DNA of 64,000 nucleotides from a virus: IMG/VR virus record IMGVR_UViG_3300006735_000025, positions 10,240 to 74,239 of that record; one strand, 5' to 3'. Shown piece by piece: positions 50,787 to 58,955 of this stretch (position 1 is its first letter; each line of letters starts with the position of its first letter). The notes under the pieces were generated by a model. It saw only the letters and a program-made list of their open reading frames with translations, ran no database searches and was not told where the DNA came from. The position numbers and the translations under genes were made by a program.

Positions 50787-51734
50787 TTAACAAGGACAAG
50801 GACCCCATGGACCTCCATTACATGAACACTCATGAAGTAAATTATCAATCCATGCGATAAGTTTTTTCCACCAACTACGTTTCTTCGCTGTATTTATTTC
50901 GTCTATAGTAGTTCTACTTAAATTACCAGCAGACATTTCTTGACCTGCTTTTCTAATTAATGCTATAGCTTCCGAAGCCCATGGTATTTCTCTCCCTGTC
51001 GGCTCCTTAGCTATATCAGCTTCAAAAGCGGCAAGTTCTTCACTAGCACCCATTATCTTCGCACCCATTCTCTTTTGTTCATCTGGAGTCATCATCATAC
51101 CAGAAGGTCTATCGGATTTCATATCAACATCAAATTCCATTTCTTCATTACCTCTAGCCATTGGGTCGTCAGAACCACCACCTTGACTCATACCCCCAAA
51201 ACCACCAAAATCATCAAATGGATTATCTGGAAATGTACCACCTGGGTTTCCTAGTCTATCAATATCAAATGGTTCATATAATTTTTCGTTTATGACTCTT
51301 TTAATAACATTTGTTAAATCAGATTCTTTTAATCTAATAGATTTTCTTTTAGTTGGCTTAATTTCTTCGAAAGCAACATCAATCATTCCATAGTCTACCG
51401 TTTTATACCCATTAGAATGTGTTTTTACGGCTTTCTTTGGTGCGTGTTCAGCAAGAACACCTCTATATGTACCACCACCAAATCTAGCTTTGTTTTTATA
51501 TTCAAATTCGTAAATAGGTATACCTGATGGTGATTTACCAACTTTTTTAATATTTTTCTTTAATCTTCCATCAGAAGCCGCACCTATAGTTGTAATAATA
51601 TCAATTATTGCTTTTACAAACCATTTACGTCTTTTTTTATCTTTTTTCTCCTCAAATATATTAGTTTTAGCGTTAGCTATTCGTCTAACAATTTTAGTTA
51701 AATCAGATTCTTTTAATTTTATCGTTCTTGCCAT
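50787..51734 (-). CDS. Modular protein: two LKESDL motifs, an internal peptidase S74 (intramolecular chaperone) domain and amphipathic peptides
   Basis: SDGRLKKNI...IYEFEY...GVLAE...VDYGMI (aa 54 to about 124) matches the S74 pattern. Confidence 0.7.
   Translation of the reverse strand: MARTIKLKESDLTKIVRRIANAKTNIFEEKKDKKRRKWFVKAIIDIITTIGAASDGRLKKNIKKVGKSPSGIPIYEFEYKNKARFGGGTYRGVLAEHAPKKAVKTHSNGYKTVDYGMIDVAFEEIKPTKRKSIRLKESDLTNVIKRVINEKLYEPFDIDRLGNPGGTFPDNPFDDFGGFGGMSQGGGSDDPMARGNEEMEFDVDMKSDRPSGMMMTPDEQKRMGAKIMGASEELAAFEADIAKEPTGREIPWASEAIALIRKAGQEMSAGNLSRTTIDEINTAKKRSWWKKLIAWIDNLLHECSCNGGPWGPCPC
51313..51717. repeat. 21-bp perfect direct repeat (51313-51333 and 51697-51717)
   Basis: GTTAAATCAGATTCTTTTAAT occurs at both positions and encodes the LKESDLT motif. 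Confidence 0.85.
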
Positions 51735-51793
51735 TTTTAAATAATTTTTTATTTTATTGTTATTCTATAAATATAAATACTTTATATAAAGTA

Positions 51794-52858
51794 TTATAAC
51801 CTACCTGGGTTATATTCTCTCCCAGTTTTATTTACCCTATTAAACCATTTTTTCATATCTTTAATTTCTGATTCTGTAATAGGATTTGTTGTTTTTAAAG
51901 TTCTATTTTCAGTTGTTATATTACCTTGTGTTGGTGGTGTTCCCTTACAAGGTACTTTTGTACTAGATTTAGGACATCTTCCATTAACAGCGGAAGTAAT
52001 GACACCATTTCTGTCTCTACAACACATTTTTTTAACTGGTGATGTTTGAGGTTTAAGTGGTGATTCTTGAGGTTTGTTATCTCTCATTCCTTCATTTGCT
52101 AATTGTTCTAATTCTCTCCAAGAATTTGGCATTTTTCCAGACTCTCTTTTAAGTTGTTCTAATTTACCACTATATTGAGACTTAAACTCGGCCCATTCTT
52201 TAGGGTCATTATCACCATCATCACCAGGAACTACCTTCTGGTCTCTCCATTCTTTCCAGGATACCCATACTTTCCAAAGTTGGATGGCTAAAAGCCACCA
52301 TTCAGTTAAGAGTTGTTTATTTTCATTTAAAGGTTTTTTAGTTGCTGCTTTTTTAACATCCTTCATTAACTTCATAGCAAAATCAGTTTTTGCTTTTAGT
52401 TGTTTTTTCCATTTTGGTCCGGCCTTCATGGTTTTTTTCTTCCAACCATCAACTTTACCTTTTAAGAATCTTTCAGCTCCTTTAATATTTTTATTTTTTA
52501 AAAAAGTATCTACTTTTTTCTTAAATCCTGGTGACCAGGTAGACATATTAAAATTTGGTGCTGGAGGATTTGTTGGTCCTGTTCCTGTTGTAGGTTTTGG
52601 TTTACCCTTTTTCGCCTTATACTTTTTAAGAAAAGCTTTTTTATCCGCAAGATACTTAGGGTCTTGACCTCCCTTTTTATAGTCTTTAGGGTTAGGGGCA
52701 CCAGGTGTGTTAACATTTTGTTCACTTATAATCCCAAGTAACCTTTGTAATTGTGTTTCAGTAATTCTAACTTTTTGTTTTTTATTTTTAGTAAAAGTTT
52801 TTTTGTTACTTCTAGGTAACCCTATTTCTTCAGTAAGGTTTCTTTTTTTAAATTTCAT
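51794..52858 (-). CDS. Basic modular protein with multiple [IL]-x-E motifs (putative internal head polyprotein)
   Basis: LTEEI, ITETQL, ISEQ, PLNE, LLTE, ITESEI motifs, plus Lys-rich, Trp-rich and Cys-containing segments. Confidence 0.6.
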   Translation of the reverse strand: MKFKKRNLTEEIGLPRSNKKTFTKNKKQKVRITETQLQRLLGIISEQNVNTPGAPNPKDYKKGGQDPKYLADKKAFLKKYKAKKGKPKPTTGTGPTNPPAPNFNMSTWSPGFKKKVDTFLKNKNIKGAERFLKGKVDGWKKKTMKAGPKWKKQLKAKTDFAMKLMKDVKKAATKKPLNENKQLLTEWWLLAIQLWKVWVSWKEWRDQKVVPGDDGDNDPKEWAEFKSQYSGKLEQLKRESGKMPNSWRELEQLANEGMRDNKPQESPLKPQTSPVKKMCCRDRNGVITSAVNGRCPKSSTKVPCKGTPPTQGNITTENRTLKTTNPITESEIKDMKKWFNRVNKTGREYNPGRL

Positions 52859-52867
52859 AATTGTCTA

Positions 52868-55800
52868 TTATATATCTTCAAATGAAGCTCCTGTTGGAGT
52901 TATTAGGAATTCGATAAAGATGAATTCTAGTGCTCTTGTTGGTTTAATGTAAATCTTACCATTCATTTCATTTCTATCGATTTCTTCTGGGTCATCTGAT
53001 AGTACAACTCTAAAGTCTGTTAAACCTCTATCTCTTCTTATAGAGTCTAAGATTGGGTTAACTAGGTCTAAGAATTGTTGTCTTACCACATCATCATTTT
53101 GTTCAAATAATAATCTAACCGCAACTGCTGAAATCAGTTTTCTAGTTTGTAATAGTAATCTTCTTACATTTATTCTATCCAATGCTGATTCTTTAACTTG
53201 TAGTGTTTTGTTACCAAAGATAATTGGACCTACGTCACTAAATGTAGCGATTGGGTTGATTCTACCAACATATAATGTGTCTCTATCGTCTAAAGTTAAT
53301 TTTGTTCTAGCTTTTATCGCGTTAACAATACCTCTAGTATAACCAGCCGATGCGAACCATGGGAAAGCTATATTATCTGTTAATGCCATATTTCTAGTTA
53401 CTTCAGCTGTTGGTGGAATGTATAGTTGTTTATTTGTGTTATTATCTCTAACTAACACCCATGGGTAGTAAGTTGCTGTATAATTTGAATCTATGAAACT
53501 ATCTTCTACATTATTAACAGCTTCCGTTGGACTAATTTTGTTAGAAGCGTCTGATGTTGAACTAACGAATAAGTTGTAGTCAGGTGTTGTAGTGATGTAT
53601 AACGAATCAGCTCTTTCATTTTCAACCATATCGATAGTGTCATTTACTAAAGCTAAATTATTTACATAATCAATACCAGGTGTTGCGAATAAATTAATAT
53701 CAACAGCTTCTGGATTTTCAAATTTATGAATAGCTTGTCTATAAGCGTCGTAATCTGTATTAGATTCTGTAGTAGAAATCTTTTTAAAGGCTCCTAGTCC
53801 TGTAGCGTCTGTGTAGTTTGAGTCTGCACATGCTCCATATTTGTAACCTGACATACCTAATCTATATCCATCCTCATTTGTTCTAGTTTTTCTATACTCG
53901 TCCCATCCGTCAAAACCACCATAAGGTGCTAATGTAAACTTTCTAGATTGTATTCTATAGTAAGGGTCAGTTGTTGATGTTGGTTCTGATTGGAACGATG
54001 CGTTACCCACCATAAACATAGACTTACCACTTAATGTTGTAGCTGTTTCCGTTAAATAAGAACCAGAACCTGCTATAACAACAGTAGCTCCAGAATCCAT
54101 GTGGAATCCTTGTGTTAGGGTTGGCCAGTCACTACCAGTAGTATCTGTACAAACTGAAGCTGGTGTTTTAAATCCTTTATATTCAAAGAAATCAAAGTCA
54201 ATAGCAGCACCTTCTCCATCGGAGAATCCTAAATAATTTTTTCTAATATTATCACCAGCTGAAACGGAAGCGTTACTTACATTACCAGCTGAATTATAAT
54301 AAGGGTCAAATACAACTTCACCAGGTGTATAGTATTTAGTTTTCCATTGTGGGTAAGGATTTACAGTACTTGTACAAGATTCTCTAAATTTGTAACCTTC
54401 GAATCCTGCCGGTAAAGCATCTTTTAAATCACCCTCAATAACTGGGTCTGTTAATTCTAACATTGTATATGTTGACCTTAATTCATACTCACCATCAGAA
54501 GTACCAATTTTTCTTGCTATAAAGTTTGGTGCTGTTGGGTCTAAAGAACATCTTGTATATTTCTCTAAAACTATTGGGTTTGCGTCCGTATCGTAGAAAT
54601 CTCTAACAACAACGTCAAACTCAACTCTTTCAAAAGAAATGTTAACTATAGATATTTTATACTCTCTGTTAGCATCTGAACCATCAGAGATTGAAATAAA
54701 TCTAAATAGTCTAGAAACTTCGTTACCTCGTAGTTCAGAAACAACATATGGTGTTCTAGGTGTTTGCCATTCAGTCATATACCAACCTAGTGAAGTTCTA
54801 TTAACATTATTAAATCTTGATGCTGGTCTATAACATAAACAACAGTTAATTCCTCTAATTTTTTGTCTTCTATAAAGATACTTTAATAAATTAGGGTAAA
54901 TTTCTTCTACAAAGACTGGAATGTCGTTAGCATCTCTATCGAATACTTTTCTTCCTAATACTCTTGATAGGTAGTTTTTCTTAGAATTATCTAAAGATGC
55001 TGTAAATTTAGAAACAATACCTTCATCTGTTTTTGCTGAAATACCAAAATTAGCGAATGGGTCTCTTAAAACATCATTATATGTACCTGTACAATCAAAG
55101 TCTACATCACCTTGTTTGTATCCATCTCCCGTACTTGCACTAATTTTATATACTGGTCCACCACTTGTAAGTGTACTTTCACCTCTAGACCTTAAAGTTG
55201 CAATTGTCATGTTATGATAATCAGTGTTTGCACTTACACAACTATAATTTGAGTAGGCCCCACTTAATGTTAACCCTAAATAAGTTACAGCTGAACAACT
55301 TCCTGTGTAGAATGTTGTAAATGCCGAAACTGAATCACCGGTAAAGAACCAAGCTTGACCGTTATTAGCGTTAGTGGCTCCGGTTAAACCATTTGCTACA
55401 ACCGCACCTGCTTTAATTGGGACCCCAGCTGTTCCATATGTAAATGAATTAGCAAAACCGTCTACACTAGCGTCTCCTAATACACCGGTATTGGCAAAAC
55501 CACTTAAAGTTACTTGTACCGCTGTATAAGCTGGAGAACTTCCACCAATGGATGTTCCTGCACAAGTTTGTAATTTATAATCTGATACAGCTCCTGAATA
55601 CTGTGCTGCTGTAAATGTTGTTACCGCTGCAGATAATGTACTACCAGTACCATTTGAACCTACGAAAGGATAAACTGTTGGTTGATAAGCTGATAAAGCT
55701 AATGGTCCTCCGTTACCTCTACCATTATCTCCCCAACTACCAGTTCCTGATGAGTATGAGAAGTAGTTACCTGAAGAAATTTGTCCAGGTACATTATTAC

Positions 55801-56986
55801 CACCGTTTGTAGCTGCACCATAGAATGACCATTCAGACCACGATGTTGCTGAAGTTGCTGCTGTATAACCATTTAAGTTAATTACATGAGTTGAACTACC
55901 TGGTTTAATTAAATCTTTAAGGATAGCATATGTGTTACTAACTGTAACATTGTCAGAACCACCAGATACTTTAGTTAATACAGCTCCCTCAACATAAGTT
56001 GAAGCCGTAGAAGCTGAACTAGCAAACATTGTGAATGCACCTCCCGAATAACAACTATTTCTACAATTATCTACATCATATTTGTAATCAAATAATGAGT
56101 TATACCAACCATCATTAGTGTCTGCTGAAAAATCAGCACTTTGAACAGCTTCTGGTGCTGAAGCTCCAACACCTGTTGGTCCAGCTGTTAAGTTGGTAGC
56201 TATACCTAATCTATTATATGGGTCAACCGGTAAACCAGTTGCTCCTGTAATTTGTGCGTATTGTTGACTTGTTGTTGAAGATGCTATAAAACCGTATTGA
56301 TAAAATTCTGTAGCTCCAGTTATGTCAAACGAAGATGAGTCGTTGTTTAATGTTGCATTAACAAAATGAGCTATTTCATCAACTAGAGTACCTACAGCAT
56401 TACCTTGACCATCGTAAAAAGTTTCACCCGTTATTTGGTTTGCTGACCTAAATGGTCCACTAGTACCACCAACCGGTGAAGTTGTTAAACCACTTAACGC
56501 ATCTGCAAAAGCAACACCATTTGTGTATGTTGTGTATATGTTGGATGTGTTTAATGTTCCACCTGTAAGTGGAATAAATACATTATCTGTCCAAGAAACT
56601 GTTGTACCAGTCCTATTTTGATATACATATAATTCATCTAATTCACCAACTGTTAAAAGTTGCCACGATGGTCCAGCATCATACCCAGACAAACCTAATA
56701 CTCTCGTTACGAATAATTGGTTTGATTGTGATAGGTAAGACCTAGCGATAAATGATGTTTCATATTTAGGAATTTGTGAATCTACAAATTTTTCTGGATT
56801 GGTATCACCAAACCTATTTCTAAAGGTATCAAAAGAATCTACAAATATAGGTTCAAATGCAGGACCTTTTTTAGTTTCACCAACAACACCTAAGGTTGTA
56901 ACACCAACACTTTGTGCTACGAACGTTAAATCCTTCTCTGCTGTATATACACCAGGGGATACGAATACTTTTTGATTTTCAGCCAT
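52868..56986 (-). CDS. Tail sheath protein (T4 gp18-like), unusually long (1372 aa)
   Basis: VSPGVYTAEKD, GETKKGPAFEP, ATYYPWV, PWFASAGYTRG, INPIATF, GNKTLQ...DRINVRRLL, LFEQND, IYIKPTRALEFI. Confidence 0.95.
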   Translation of the reverse strand: MAENQKVFVSPGVYTAEKDLTFVAQSVGVTTLGVVGETKKGPAFEPIFVDSFDTFRNRFGDTNPEKFVDSQIPKYETSFIARSYLSQSNQLFVTRVLGLSGYDAGPSWQLLTVGELDELYVYQNRTGTTVSWTDNVFIPLTGGTLNTSNIYTTYTNGVAFADALSGLTTSPVGGTSGPFRSANQITGETFYDGQGNAVGTLVDEIAHFVNATLNNDSSSFDITGATEFYQYGFIASSTTSQQYAQITGATGLPVDPYNRLGIATNLTAGPTGVGASAPEAVQSADFSADTNDGWYNSLFDYKYDVDNCRNSCYSGGAFTMFASSASTASTYVEGAVLTKVSGGSDNVTVSNTYAILKDLIKPGSSTHVINLNGYTAATSATSWSEWSFYGAATNGGNNVPGQISSGNYFSYSSGTGSWGDNGRGNGGPLALSAYQPTVYPFVGSNGTGSTLSAAVTTFTAAQYSGAVSDYKLQTCAGTSIGGSSPAYTAVQVTLSGFANTGVLGDASVDGFANSFTYGTAGVPIKAGAVVANGLTGATNANNGQAWFFTGDSVSAFTTFYTGSCSAVTYLGLTLSGAYSNYSCVSANTDYHNMTIATLRSRGESTLTSGGPVYKISASTGDGYKQGDVDFDCTGTYNDVLRDPFANFGISAKTDEGIVSKFTASLDNSKKNYLSRVLGRKVFDRDANDIPVFVEEIYPNLLKYLYRRQKIRGINCCLCYRPASRFNNVNRTSLGWYMTEWQTPRTPYVVSELRGNEVSRLFRFISISDGSDANREYKISIVNISFERVEFDVVVRDFYDTDANPIVLEKYTRCSLDPTAPNFIARKIGTSDGEYELRSTYTMLELTDPVIEGDLKDALPAGFEGYKFRESCTSTVNPYPQWKTKYYTPGEVVFDPYYNSAGNVSNASVSAGDNIRKNYLGFSDGEGAAIDFDFFEYKGFKTPASVCTDTTGSDWPTLTQGFHMDSGATVVIAGSGSYLTETATTLSGKSMFMVGNASFQSEPTSTTDPYYRIQSRKFTLAPYGGFDGWDEYRKTRTNEDGYRLGMSGYKYGACADSNYTDATGLGAFKKISTTESNTDYDAYRQAIHKFENPEAVDINLFATPGIDYVNNLALVNDTIDMVENERADSLYITTTPDYNLFVSSTSDASNKISPTEAVNNVEDSFIDSNYTATYYPWVLVRDNNTNKQLYIPPTAEVTRNMALTDNIAFPWFASAGYTRGIVNAIKARTKLTLDDRDTLYVGRINPIATFSDVGPIIFGNKTLQVKESALDRINVRRLLLQTRKLISAVAVRLLFEQNDDVVRQQFLDLVNPILDSIRRDRGLTDFRVVLSDDPEEIDRNEMNGKIYIKPTRALEFIFIEFLITPTGASFEDI

Positions 56987-57117
56987 TTTTTATACTATTT
57001 AATTTATTTTATATTTTATTAGATAAATATTGATTTCAATTCCAAAAGTTTAGTTATTAAACAATATAATTATATATGGTAGGAATATTTTCTTACTTTT
57101 TTCTACCTTTAATAGAT

Positions 57118-57264
57118 ATGGAAATAAAAAACCTTAAAATAAGAAAAGAGTTTCACAAACTTTTAAAAGACTACTGCAAAGAAAATGGACTTGTAATGTC
57201 TAGATTTTTAGAAAAACTTATAAAAGAAAAATGTTCTAAAAAAAAAGACATTTATGGTGAGTAA
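57118..57264 (+). CDS. Small ribbon-helix-helix-like DNA-binding protein
   Basis: MEIKNLKIRKEFHKLLKDYCKENGLVMSRFLEKLI has a strand-helix-G-helix pattern. Second Met chosen as start (ORF track start 57076). Confidence 0.55.
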   Translation: MEIKNLKIRKEFHKLLKDYCKENGLVMSRFLEKLIKEKCSKKKDIYGE

Positions 57265-57266
57265 TT

Positions 57267-58379
57267 TTATGGGTAAATAAGTTCTTCTAGAACTACTTGG
57301 GATGTTGCTAGAGGGCCTACAGTTTTAACTATAACAACTTCAAGAACATCACCTATATCCACTTCTACTTTACCTTGTGTTGTAGTTCCATTTATTTTAT
57401 ATACAACTGAAGAAACATTATCTGACCTAACTAATGTTACTGTGGCTTTATAAGCGTATGTAACTGTTTGGGTTGTCCCACCTGGAGTATCTTCAAACCC
57501 ATAATCTAGTTTTCTTCTAAATTTATTTTTATTATATATGTTCATTTTATGTTGATTGACCACTGAAGGACTACCGTTACCAGATTTTTTATGGGACGTA
57601 TTGGTGTCAAAAAATAATAAAGACCTGTTTATAGCTGGTTTAACTTCAAACTCATTTTCATCAATTAAAAATCCTTGTAGTTGGAATTTATAGTTTTGTT
57701 GGTAGTATCTTCTTTCTTCTGTATCAATAACCGATTCGTCAGATAAAGCTTCTAAAACTATAGGTATGTAGTGACCTTTTACAAAAGTGTACGCTTGTCT
57801 AGAACTAAACTTTTGCATTACAGTTCTATTAAATTGATTTAACTCCCTCATTCTATTACATATTATTTTAACATCGTACGTAATGTCCACAGGTATCGGT
57901 TGTGGTATAGTGTAAATGTCAACACCCTTTCTATTACCATCCCAAGTAGGTACCTTTGCAAAATGAAATTGTTTTCTATCCGGAATAGTGTATTGTAATG
58001 ATGGGTTACTTCCGTATTGAACATCTGGTTGCCTTACTACAACTATAAAAGGTAGTGATACATTTTTATCTGGTGTTGAAAAACTCCAGGTTTGTGAAAA
58101 CTCACCCCATCTTTGTAATGTTAGTATCCTATCTATTACTGGTATTTTTTTACCTGAAACGCCAGTTTTTAAATCCTCTATAACAAAATCTAACATACCC
58201 CTATCCATATCAGCATGTAAAACTGATTTAGGTAGAAATGTACCATCTTCGGTTATAAGTTCACTTAATTCTCTCCTTCTATTAGGTGTTGTTAAACCAT
58301 TGTAACCAGAATCATATTGTGGTTGTGGTGGTCTAGGACTAATATTGATATTTGTTTTAACTTTTTTAGGTATAGCCAT
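57267..58379 (-). CDS. Tail completion / sheath terminator protein (T4 gp15-like)
   Basis: LPFIVVVR, PIPVDITYDV, IPIVLE, FQLQGFL. Lies between the neck and sheath genes. Confidence 0.65.
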   Translation of the reverse strand: MAIPKKVKTNINISPRPPQPQYDSGYNGLTTPNRRRELSELITEDGTFLPKSVLHADMDRGMLDFVIEDLKTGVSGKKIPVIDRILTLQRWGEFSQTWSFSTPDKNVSLPFIVVVRQPDVQYGSNPSLQYTIPDRKQFHFAKVPTWDGNRKGVDIYTIPQPIPVDITYDVKIICNRMRELNQFNRTVMQKFSSRQAYTFVKGHYIPIVLEALSDESVIDTEERRYYQQNYKFQLQGFLIDENEFEVKPAINRSLLFFDTNTSHKKSGNGSPSVVNQHKMNIYNKNKFRRKLDYGFEDTPGGTTQTVTYAYKATVTLVRSDNVSSVVYKINGTTTQGKVEVDIGDVLEVVIVKTVGPLATSQVVLEELIYP

Positions 58380-58897
58380 TATACTCCATTAAATTCATTA
58401 GGGCTGACATACGAACAAATTATTGTTCTATAATAAGGTTTATAACCACCTATTGTATGTGCATTATCTGATACTACTCTACCATCGTTTGTCACAGTAT
58501 AGTATCTCATTTTATCTTCTGTTTCCGCATAACCAATATAATCACCATAGGATACGTCTATATTTAACTCCTCTAAATGTTTTATATAAACACTAATAGT
58601 CATATTACCAGGTTCCATTTGATTTACTAATCCGGAAGCGTAAGTTTTATTTGAAGGACTGGCGATACTAACTAAACCATTAAACTCTACAGGAGCTTTA
58701 TATCTAATTTCTTCAGGTCCTGATTCACCGTAAACATCATCAACATCTGATTTTTTACGGTCAACTCTAAATAATACTAAAGTAAAATGAATATCACCAT
58801 GTAAATATTCCATACCCATTTCCTGTTCTAGATTAAAATCTTGTGAACCAAAAAAACGTGATATTCTAGTAATTGGTATTTTTTTCTGTTTTGCCAT
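58379..58897 (-). CDS. Neck / head-closure protein (T4 gp14-like)
   Basis: DDVYGES...PVEFNGLV...GDYIGY...YYTV pattern, and synteny with gp15-like and sheath genes. Confidence 0.55.
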   Translation of the reverse strand: MAKQKKIPITRISRFFGSQDFNLEQEMGMEYLHGDIHFTLVLFRVDRKKSDVDDVYGESGPEEIRYKAPVEFNGLVSIASPSNKTYASGLVNQMEPGNMTISVYIKHLEELNIDVSYGDYIGYAETEDKMRYYTVTNDGRVVSDNAHTIGGYKPYYRTIICSYVSPNEFNGV

Positions 58898-58915
58898 ATA
58901 ATAATAAATAGTTTG

Positions 58916-58946
58916 TTGTCTATGTTATGGTTTTATATTATATTTG
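58916..58946 (+). promoter_or_regulatory. Bacteroidota-type housekeeping promoter candidate
   Basis: TTG (58916-58918), N20, TATATTTG (58939-58946, matching TAnnTTTG), 9 nt before the SNF2 ATG. Confidence 0.45.
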
Positions 58947-58955
58947 TAATATTGT

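Noticed and set aside
396-55812. Numerous 60-180 aa plus-strand ORFs inside large minus-strand genes
   Set aside because: Their composition mirrors the antisense codons and they have no independent motifs or expression signals.
23993-56986. Bacterial contractile injection system or tailocin instead of a phage
   Set aside because: Interspersed replication genes (helicase, SSB, RecA, RNR), neck genes and the absence of host housekeeping genes indicate a lytic phage genome.
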